A stretch of 64,000 bases of DNA from a virus. Below the pieces are notes generated by a model. That model had not been told where the DNA came from and made no database searches. It saw only the letters and a program-made list of their open reading frames with translations. Location: the IMG/VR virus record IMGVR_UViG_3300037467_001050, positions 58,895 to 122,894 of that record; one strand, 5' to 3'. Each line of letters opens with the position of its first letter. Within the stretch, counting starts at the first letter, position 1. Shown piece after piece: positions 57,402 through 64,000 of this stretch. A program made the translations under genes and the position numbers.

Positions 57402-57599
57402 CTAGGTGAGTGGACGACCCCAAGGGTTGGCCTGGATCTCGCGCACGATCTCGCTCAGCGCTTCCATGATGTTGAAGCCTGGGCCGTGGGCGAGGATGTC
57501 GATCTGAAATGGTCGAGCCCGGCCGAACAGTCGGCCGCGCGCCCGGCGACGCGAGCGGCGGGTGACCTTACGGCCGGGCCACGTCTCGTAGGGGATCAT
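57402..57599 (-). CDS. Small hypothetical protein
   Basis: ATGA coupling to dnaQ. Confidence 0.4.
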   Translation of the reverse strand: MIPYETWPGRKVTRRSRRRARGRLFGRARPFQIDILAHGPGFNIMEALSEIVREIQANPWGRPLT

Positions 57600-58273
57600 G
57601 CCGACGGCTCGTCGCTATAGCGGGTCCAGATCGCGCTCTTGATCGAGGCGATGAATGCCGCGTGATCGGCACGCTCCTCGTCGCTTCCGCGGCGGATGAT
57701 CGTGCGCGGGCCGTAGACGTGCCGGACCTCCTCGATCACGACCTCATCGACCTTGAGGCTCATGGCGTGCTGGCGACCGCCGCGCAGATGCAGATACACC
57801 TCCGCGAGGATCTCGCTATCGAGGAGCGCGCCGTGCAGCGTGCGCTTCGAGTTGTCGATGCCGAAGTGCTGGCAGGCGGCATCGAGTGTTGCCTTGCCCT
57901 TCCTCAGCTTCCGCACAAGCGGCAGCGTGTCGATGATCTCGTTCTCGAGCGGAGGCAGGCCGAGCCGCGAGAGTTCCGCATTGATCATCCGGGTGTCGAA
58001 CGAGGCGTTGTGCGCCACGAGCCGAGCGCCCTGGATGAAATCGAGGAACTTGCTGGCCACCCGCCGGAAGGTCGGCTTGGTTTTGAGGAAGTCGTAGGTG
58101 AGGCCGTGGACCTTCACCGCGCCGGCGGGCACGTCGCGCTGCGGGTTTATGTGGACATGAAAAGTCCGCCCGGTGGGCAGGAGATCCTCCAGCTCCACGC
58201 AACCGATCTCGACGACGCGGTCGCTCTCGGAAGATAATCCAGTAGTTTCTGTGTCGAATACTACTTCGCGCAT
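57596..58273 (-). CDS. dnaQ: DNA polymerase III epsilon (3'-5' exonuclease)
   Basis: VFDTETTGL, VEIGCVEL, VAHNASFD, HGALLDSEILAEVY, GGRQ..MSL, ER..H..F. Confidence 0.96.
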   Translation of the reverse strand: MREVVFDTETTGLSSESDRVVEIGCVELEDLLPTGRTFHVHINPQRDVPAGAVKVHGLTYDFLKTKPTFRRVASKFLDFIQGARLVAHNASFDTRMINAELSRLGLPPLENEIIDTLPLVRKLRKGKATLDAACQHFGIDNSKRTLHGALLDSEILAEVYLHLRGGRQHAMSLKVDEVVIEEVRHVYGPRTIIRRGSDEERADHAAFIASIKSAIWTRYSDEPSA

Positions 58274-58536
58274 CAGAGGCAATCGCACTTCGGGATTATG
58301 ATCGGGCCGTAGAGCGCCATCAGCGCCTCGACCGGCTGGTCGTAGTCGAGGGTGACCCTCAGCTCTCCATCGTCGATGAAGACTTCAGCCCAGGCCTGAA
58401 AATCCGGGTAGCAGTAGATCTCGTGGCCATCGATCGACTCGCTGTCGCCGGCGATCATCGCCGCGTAGGTCCCGGGCTCAGTCGGATGCGTGCTCGGATC
58501 CTCGTGGTCGTAGGGCTTCCACTTCAGGTCGGTCAT
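58273..58536 (-). CDS. Hypothetical protein
   Basis: TGATG coupling. Confidence 0.55.
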   Translation of the reverse strand: MTDLKWKPYDHEDPSTHPTEPGTYAAMIAGDSESIDGHEIYCYPDFQAWAEVFIDDGELRVTLDYDQPVEALMALYGPIIIPKCDCL

Positions 58537-58754
58537 GGCATCTCCGGGAGCGGCTTAAGGAAGCGGTGTTGGGCGGTGCCGATGCGGATCGTGGCCGGCG
58601 CATCGACGATGGCGGCGCCGCGGCCCTCGCAGGGCTGGCAGGTCCACCAGGATGGCCGCCGGTCGTTCAGGGAGAAGTGGCTGCCGGTGCCTCGGCAGAA
58701 CGGGCAGAGCCGCCCCGGCCGGAGGCGGCCCTCAGACCAGGGCGAAAAGCTCAC
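58533..58754 (-). CDS. Small DnaJ-type Zn-finger protein
   Basis: CPFCRGTG...CQPCEGRG. Confidence 0.55.
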   Translation of the reverse strand: MSFSPWSEGRLRPGRLCPFCRGTGSHFSLNDRRPSWWTCQPCEGRGAAIVDAPATIRIGTAQHRFLKPLPEMP

Positions 58755-59008
58755 GCGCCGTTGAACCGGGCGCGCAGGGCGAAGAAGCGGCGGTTCTCGC
58801 GCCGGACGCGCATCCGCTTGCGCTCGTCGGCGGAGGCGAACAGCCATATGATGCCGACGACCGTCCAGGCGAGTGCGGCGATGGCCAGGAAGAGCATCGC
58901 CGGCCAGAACGGGAAGAGTACCAGCATCCAGTGCCAGTCGATGATGCCGGCGAAGCGCATGACGATGAGGCACACCCCGAGCAGGGTGGCGAACAAGCGG
59001 ATGTCCAT
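58751..59008 (-). CDS. Small membrane protein
   Basis: GIIDWHW..V.FP.W motif and TM segments. Confidence 0.6.
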   Translation of the reverse strand: MDIRLFATLLGVCLIVMRFAGIIDWHWMLVLFPFWPAMLFLAIAALAWTVVGIIWLFASADERKRMRVRRENRRFFALRARFNGA

Positions 59009-59031
59009 GGTGTGTCCTTCAGGGTGATGGG

Positions 59032-59262
59032 TTAGGCGTCTAGGTCCACGCCGAGAGCCACGAGCCGGGTCTCGATGTCGACGCGGCGCCGGTTCAGCTC
59101 GTCGAGGATCGGTTTCTTCGCCAGCTGGGCGATGTCTTCGTTCTCGTAGGAGCCAGCTACCGAGACGAGGATTTCACCCGCCTCGACCTTGCGGATGCGG
59201 ATCCGCAGGCTGTTGCGCTGCCGGGCCAGATCCTGGGCAGCATTGATGTCGCTCAGACGCAT
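59032..59262 (-). CDS. Hypothetical protein
   Basis: Coupled ORF. Confidence 0.55.
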   Translation of the reverse strand: MRLSDINAAQDLARQRNSLRIRIRKVEAGEILVSVAGSYENEDIAQLAKKPILDELNRRRVDIETRLVALGVDLDA

Positions 59263-59498
59263 CAGGGTCGATCCTCTGGGTTGATGCCCATCTGCTTCAT
59301 CAGCAGCCAGGCGACGTTGTGCTTGGCGTCGAGGAGAGCTTCGAAGCCGGAAAGCGCGGCGAGCCGGGCCCGCTCGAGCTCATCGCGCGAGCCCTGGAAG
59401 AGGGCGGCCTCGAAGTCCTTGATCCGGGCCTGGAGGTAGAGGTCCGCGGCTGCGGTCCTCAGTCCGGCCGAGGTCATGATGGGATCCTGCTCAGGCAC
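59262..59498 (-). CDS. Hypothetical protein
   Basis: Coupled ORF. Confidence 0.5.
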   Translation of the reverse strand: MPEQDPIMTSAGLRTAAADLYLQARIKDFEAALFQGSRDELERARLAALSGFEALLDAKHNVAWLLMKQMGINPEDRP

Positions 59499-60081
59499 CG
59501 AGGGCCTCCACGAAGCCGGAGCCGTCCGCCGCGGGCACGATCCCGAGGGTCTTGCGCAGGCCGGAGATGATCCGGCCGATGCCCTTGGTGCGGACCTCGT
59601 ACTCGACCTGGGCGAACCGCATCCGGCCGTTTCCGTAGATCCGGACGGCCGCCTCGGTGTTGCCGCGGGCCAGTTGCACGACCGCCTTCTGCAGGCGGTG
59701 CTCGGGGTCGCGATCCGAGTTGCAGAACCGCAGCCACTCCAGCACGCCGAGCGCCCGCTCGACGTCGTCGCGCTGCGGCAGCGTGCGGGCCTGCCCGTCG
59801 AAGGGCTTGATGCCGGCGAGCACCCGGATGCGCTCGATCTCGGCGAGCTCGGCCTGGGTCATGCCCACGCTGCTCCAGCCGCCGGATCGGCTGGCCGAGT
59901 TCAGCCAGCGCTTCTCCTCGTCGGGGATGCGCTCCATGATCTGCAGCGCGTCCTCGAGCAGGACCCGGATCGTGTGCCAGGGTTTCGGGCGGCCCTCGAA
60001 ACGCGACCGCGCCAGCTCGGCACCATGGCCGAGCCAGCGCAGCGCGCGGTTCCGGGCCTCGTTGTCAGACGAGGGCTGCAT
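59491..60081 (-). CDS. Hypothetical alphaproteobacterial prophage protein
   Basis: W..I...LEDA..I..RIP, DDVERALGVLEWL. Confidence 0.6.
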   Translation of the reverse strand: MQPSSDNEARNRALRWLGHGAELARSRFEGRPKPWHTIRVLLEDALQIMERIPDEEKRWLNSASRSGGWSSVGMTQAELAEIERIRVLAGIKPFDGQARTLPQRDDVERALGVLEWLRFCNSDRDPEHRLQKAVVQLARGNTEAAVRIYGNGRMRFAQVEYEVRTKGIGRIISGLRKTLGIVPAADGSGFVEALGA

Positions 60082-60409
60082 CCTTCACCTTCGTGGCGTG
60101 GAGCCGTTCGGTGTCCGAGAGGCGGCGCGTTGCGCGGTAGTCGAACACGCCGGGCGAGATCCGCTTCTGCGAAGGGATCAGGTACCCGACATCGACCGCC
60201 CGCTTCACAGCCAGGGCGACGCCGTTGATCGCCGAGGCGTGCTGCACCTGGACGTCAGTCGGGTCCGCGAGATTGCTCGCGTCCCGATCGAACTGGAGGT
60301 CGCCGGTGTGGTAGACCACCACGTCGCCCTCACGCGCCTTCTCGAACCAGTTGACGAAGTCGGCGAGGGCGCCAGCCCCCGCCTCGAGCCGTGTCACCCT
60401 CGTCGCCAT
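60065..60409 (-). CDS. Hypothetical protein
   Basis: F..W...A..GD..VYH.G.L..DR pattern. Confidence 0.6.
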   Translation of the reverse strand: MATRVTRLEAGAGALADFVNWFEKAREGDVVVYHTGDLQFDRDASNLADPTDVQVQHASAINGVALAVKRAVDVGYLIPSQKRISPGVFDYRATRRLSDTERLHATKVKDAALV

Positions 60410-60411
60410 GA

Positions 60412-61020
60412 TCAGTCCTCGAAGGTCTCTTCGACGAGGCGAGCGGCGATCGCCGCGGCGGCGCCGATGTTCTCGATGCCGCGCACGAGCTGCGAGACCA
60501 CGACGCGCTTCTCGAAGGCGTCGGGATCCTCCATGTCGTCGAAGGCACCGGTGTAGGGCTCGAACACCCGCTCGCCGGCCTCGATAGGCTTGTCGGCCTG
60601 CGCATCGAACGGGCGGCCGAAGCCATCGATGATGCGAGTCTCGCTCGCCGGTTCGTCGGCAGGAACGTCGATCCGCTCGCCGCCCCGGTAGACGCCGTCG
60701 AAGATCACCTTTGGCTTCTCGCCGTTCGGGCCGAGCGGTAGCGTGTCGACCAGCATCTGAGTGAGGCGCTTACCGAATGCGGCGTGATCTTCGGCGGAGG
60801 CATGCGAACCCGGCGGGGTCACGTCAGCCGGGATCTGCAGGCCTTCGGCGATCTCGCCCAGGCAGACGCCGGGCGGGCAGCCGCAGGACTTAACCTCTTC
60901 CGCTGCCTCCCCAGCGAGCTGTGCGGTGTCGGCCGCCGCGATGGCATCGAGGATCATCTTCAGGCCTTCGTTGTAGCCGCCCAGGCCGAGGCCGCTGCGG
61001 TCATGGATCTGAGTTTGCAT
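60412..61020 (-). CDS. Acidic hypothetical protein
   Basis: AGGA RBS; MQTQIHDRS. Confidence 0.6.
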   Translation of the reverse strand: MQTQIHDRSGLGLGGYNEGLKMILDAIAAADTAQLAGEAAEEVKSCGCPPGVCLGEIAEGLQIPADVTPPGSHASAEDHAAFGKRLTQMLVDTLPLGPNGEKPKVIFDGVYRGGERIDVPADEPASETRIIDGFGRPFDAQADKPIEAGERVFEPYTGAFDDMEDPDAFEKRVVVSQLVRGIENIGAAAAIAARLVEETFED

Positions 61021-61037
61021 TGTATGGTCCTTTTCCC

Positions 61038-61460
61038 CTACGCCGCCGCACGCAGCGTTTGCTTTCCTGCAAGTGCCCGGGCACGAGTTCTTGCGCCAAC
61101 GATTGCCTTGAAGCCCGGGTAGTTGAGGTTCTCTTTCTGGGTTCCCCATTTTAGGTTCCCAGGCCAGTTGTGAGATCCATCTTCGTCGTCATGCATCACA
61201 ACTGCGCCCGGAAAAGGTTTCGGGCCGTTGAACGCTTCGCAGACGAGGATGTGGACCTTGTAGGTCTTGCGCTTGAACATGAAGTGGAAGCGCTTCCCGT
61301 CCTCCTCCCAATCACCGTACCGCGGCTTCCCTACGACCAGCTTGAACCCACCTTTCGGCATCCGCTGCTCGTAAGGATCGATCCGTACTCGGCCCCACGA
61401 GGAGGCCGAGAGACCGGGAACGGAAGGAACGGGCTTCCAGATCTCGGGTTCGGTGAGCAT
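61038..61460 (-). CDS. NUMOD4-HNH homing endonuclease
   Basis: EIWKPVP....Y/L.ASSWGRV, VHILVCEAFNGP.P, H.DED..N...NL.WGT.KEN. Confidence 0.88.
   Translation of the reverse strand: MLTEPEIWKPVPSVPGLSASSWGRVRIDPYEQRMPKGGFKLVVGKPRYGDWEEDGKRFHFMFKRKTYKVHILVCEAFNGPKPFPGAVVMHDDEDGSHNWPGNLKWGTQKENLNYPGFKAIVGARTRARALAGKQTLRAAA
61059..61072 (-). promoter_or_regulatory. Repeated motif variant TTGCAGGAAAGCAA
   Basis: One mismatch; lies in the last codons of the HNH gene, upstream of 60412-61020. Confidence 0.6.
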
Positions 61461-62017
61461 CAGCCCCGCCACTCCATGGCGAATGGGATGTCATCGTCTA
61501 GGTCGTAGCCACCGCGACCACCGCCCGAGCGCAGACCACCGCCGCCCGATGACCGCCCACCGCGGTCATCCCGGCGATCGTCGCGACCCCGGCCGCGATC
61601 GTCGTCCCGGCCCCGGCCGCGCCCGCCGCGGTCATCGTCGCTGTCACCACCGCGCCCGCCACCCTCGGAACCGCCGGATAGGATGTTGATCTCGCCGCGG
61701 AAGGGGCCGACGACGATCTCTGTCGAGTAGCGCTCGACACCGTCCTTCTCCCACTTGCGGGTCTGCAGCTGCCCCTCGACGTAGAGCTTGGTGCCCTTCG
61801 TCACGTACTGCTCGACGACCCGCACGAGGTTCTCGTTGCGCACGACGACCGTGTGCCACTCGGTCTTCTCCTTGCGCTCGCCGGACGCCTTGTCCTTCCA
61901 GCTCTCGCTCGTGGCGAGGCGCAGGTTGGCGACCTTGTCGCCGCTGCCGAACGTGCGGACATCCGGGTCAGCGCCCAGGTTGCCCACCAAAATCACCTTA
62001 TTGACCGACCCAGCCAT
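61460..62017 (-). CDS. ssb: Single-stranded DNA-binding protein
   Basis: [41 protein letters not shown]. Confidence 0.98.
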   Translation of the reverse strand: MAGSVNKVILVGNLGADPDVRTFGSGDKVANLRLATSESWKDKASGERKEKTEWHTVVVRNENLVRVVEQYVTKGTKLYVEGQLQTRKWEKDGVERYSTEIVVGPFRGEINILSGGSEGGGRGGDSDDDRGGRGRGRDDDRGRGRDDRRDDRGGRSSGGGGLRSGGGRGGYDLDDDIPFAMEWRG

Positions 62018-62056
62018 CTCGGCTCCTTCCGATTTGCATTTTGCCTACACGCCCGT

Positions 62057-62070
62057 TTGCAATCCTGCAA
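62057..62070 (-). promoter_or_regulatory. Repeated motif variant TTGCAGGATTGCAA
   Basis: One mismatch; AAAATGCAAAT at the 19-nt spacing, upstream of ssb. Confidence 0.7.
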
Positions 62071-62078
62071 GCGGTTTT

Positions 62079-63671
62079 TCACGCAGCTTCCGAGCGGTCG
62101 TTGTCGTTCGAGCGCTCGAAGTCGGTGACCGGGATGTACATCTCGAGATCCCGGTCGAACTCCATCGGCACTGAACCCTTCCGGCCGGCCGCTCGGAACC
62201 GGACCTTCGGGATGATGATCTCGCGCGCCGTCCCGTAGGGATCCTCGCCGTGGACGATCAAAGCCAGATCCGGCTTGTTCGCCCAGTGCGCGCTGTCCGA
62301 GATGTCGTAGAGGCCCGGCACCCGGCCGGCGTCGAGCTTCTTCGGGTGAGCGACGATGATCACGCACACGTCGTAGCTCCGGCCGAACCGCTTGAGCTTG
62401 CGGATGGCGTCGCCGACGTACTCGGTCATCGACCAGTGCTGGTCGCGCTTGTGCTCCAGCTCGTTCCACGGGTCCACGACGAGGCACTTTGTGCCGTACC
62501 GGAAGACCGAGGTGGCTGCCTTGTCGAGGAGGAAGTCGATGTCGATCTCGTCCTCGTCGTAGCGCGGATCGTTGCCGATGATCTGGAAATGCCCTTCGAC
62601 GAAGGCGTTCGCGCGCTGCTCGTCGTCCGGCGTCCACAGGCGGCGCTCCTTGCGCAGGAACTTGGTGCGCAGTGAGTTGTGCAGGTACGGCTTGATCGGC
62701 TCCTCACCGACGAACATCACCGTGTGCCAGCCGTAGTGCAGACCCATGTTGACGCAGATCTGCTTCACGATCTCCGACTTGCCCATGTTGGGGATGCCGG
62801 TCGCGACCATGAAAGCGCCGGGGTAGAGCCGGAAGATGTCGTCCAGCTCCGGCGACAGCCGGGTCGGATAGGTGATCGGCTCACCCATGTCCGGGTAGTC
62901 GGAGAACGAGAACAGGCCCTTGATCGGGAAGGGCTTGGCGCTGTCGATGCACGACCGCACGGCGTCCTCGCCGAGGTACTGCAGCACCTCGTTGAGGTCC
63001 TTGCAGGCGCGCTTCTCGCCGGTCTTCTTGTCCGGCACGACGACGTCGTCGGGGTAGCGCACCCACTTGCAGCGCGCAGGCCCGATGCGGCGCACCAGCT
63101 CCTTGGCGAGCCGCTGCCCGACCTCGTCCGCATCCGTGGCGATCAGGAACGACTTGACCCGCTGTAGCCGGTCCATGTGCCGGGTGATGTAGCTGAAGGT
63201 CCGGTCGTTCTCCGGATCGAGGTCCTTGGTGTCGTTGGGAACCTCGATCAGCTGGCCGGTGGCCTTGTCGCGCGCCGGCAGCGTGGCGCCATTGGGCACC
63301 GACATCGACTTCGCGTGGCCGCACTGGATCGCGGCCAGCGCGTCGAACTCGCCCTCCGTGATCAGCAGCTCGTCGTTTCCGGCATCCAGCTCATTGAGGC
63401 TGTCGGGATCGAGGATGACGTCGGCGTTCCAGAACGTCTTCGGCTTGCCCGGCTCCTGCTGGAACTGGCGGGAGCCGTCCTCGTACCAGCGCATCTTGAC
63501 GTTCAGCCGCTCACCCTTCTCGAAGTAGGGGAAGCACAGGACGTGTCCGTCAGGATCCGGCTCGGCGCACCCAGCGGGTGAGCGCCTTCCGCTGAAGATC
63601 CCCATAGACGTCGCGAGCTCGATGCTCAGGCCCCTCTTCTCGATCCCTTCTAGGTGTCGCTGACTGATCAT
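62079..63671 (-). CDS. Twinkle/T7 gp4-like primase-helicase lacking the Zn-binding domain
   Basis: TOPRIM ITEGEFDAL and ATDAD..G; Walker A TGIPNMGKS; LVVDPWN; IVAHPKK. Confidence 0.92.
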   Translation of the reverse strand: MISQRHLEGIEKRGLSIELATSMGIFSGRRSPAGCAEPDPDGHVLCFPYFEKGERLNVKMRWYEDGSRQFQQEPGKPKTFWNADVILDPDSLNELDAGNDELLITEGEFDALAAIQCGHAKSMSVPNGATLPARDKATGQLIEVPNDTKDLDPENDRTFSYITRHMDRLQRVKSFLIATDADEVGQRLAKELVRRIGPARCKWVRYPDDVVVPDKKTGEKRACKDLNEVLQYLGEDAVRSCIDSAKPFPIKGLFSFSDYPDMGEPITYPTRLSPELDDIFRLYPGAFMVATGIPNMGKSEIVKQICVNMGLHYGWHTVMFVGEEPIKPYLHNSLRTKFLRKERRLWTPDDEQRANAFVEGHFQIIGNDPRYDEDEIDIDFLLDKAATSVFRYGTKCLVVDPWNELEHKRDQHWSMTEYVGDAIRKLKRFGRSYDVCVIIVAHPKKLDAGRVPGLYDISDSAHWANKPDLALIVHGEDPYGTAREIIIPKVRFRAAGRKGSVPMEFDRDLEMYIPVTDFERSNDNDRSEAA

Positions 63672-63870
63672 TTCTTGCGCTCTCGTTTCCGCAACTATTA
63701 TGGCACTTCCAGACGACGCCGAGATCGTCGATAGTCACCGAAAGACATCGGTGATACTTGTTAGCGCCCTTCCGCAAGTGAGAACACTTGGGGCACAGCG
63801 TGTAGTGGTTCCCTTTATTGTAGCGTCGGAGCTTGATCCCGACTTTGTCGAGTTCAGCTTTGATGTCCAT
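63550..63870 (-). CDS. Stand-alone primase zinc-binding domain
   Basis: CPKCSH.RK...CLSV.ID..G..WKCH..CG. Confidence 0.75.
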   Translation of the reverse strand: MDIKAELDKVGIKLRRYNKGNHYTLCPKCSHLRKGANKYHRCLSVTIDDLGVVWKCHNSCGNESARNDQSATPRRDREEGPEHRARDVYGDLQRKALTRWVRRAGS

Positions 63871-63998
63871 CAGATTGCCGCCCTAGGCCGATCCGACTTC
63901 TTCAATCCGGCCTTGGCTTCGGCCTCAGCCCTGGCCTTCACCGCCATCACCTCCCTGCGCGCGTCCCGCTCCAGCTGGATCAGCTTGTTCGGGAGGAT
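63870..63998 (-). CDS. Hypothetical protein, 3' end only (truncated by the window)
   Basis: Open frame from the window edge to a TGATG overlap with the ZBD gene. Confidence 0.45.
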   Translation of the reverse strand: MLPNKLIQLERDARREVMAVKARAEAEAKAGLKKSDRPRAAI

Positions 63999-64000
63999 CT

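Noticed and set aside
58230-58273. AT-rich first codons of dnaQ (and of ssb) as a co-conversion tract
   Set aside because: 5' AT enrichment is a common translation-initiation feature, and no endonuclease gene is adjacent to dnaQ

Overview
This window is a contiguous piece of a GC-rich, temperate, contractile-tailed (P2-like tail module) bacteriophage of Alphaproteobacteria. A Hyphomicrobiales/Methylobacterium-like host is inferred from the GapR homolog, the Xis/Int family and the ANDN-type protein tails; no host DNA, tRNA, rRNA or CRISPR array was seen. Positions 1-24.1 kb (+ strand) hold tail fibre/adhesin genes, sheath, tube, a tail chaperone with a -1 frameshift, a 1690-aa tape measure protein with two muralytic domains, gpU/X/D, a GH19 endolysin, spanins, a T5 A1-like nuclease, an HNH-AP2 endonuclease, an NDT-like enzyme and a dNMP kinase. 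Positions 24.1-64 kb (- strand) hold early/replication genes: split primase-helicase, SSB, DnaQ, YqaJ exonuclease plus a likely annealing protein, RtcB, NrdJ, MazG-like proteins, GapR, TerB/TerC, FolA, ThyA, SLT, Xis/Int with an intact attP, Thg1, a SLOG protein, dCMP deaminase, DnaE and many small ORFs. The main observations are three. (1) A 14-bp quasi-palindrome TTGCA-GGAA-TGCAA occurs 15 times, always co-oriented with transcription, usually with a second half-site at fixed spacing that often overlaps a start codon. (2) The attP carries what looks like a replacement 5' end of a host HcaT-like MFS transporter gene, translationally coupled to the integrase stop codon. (3) Several nucleotide/replication proteins end in ssrA-like NDN...AA tails. 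All protein family calls come from motif recognition by eye, not database searches.
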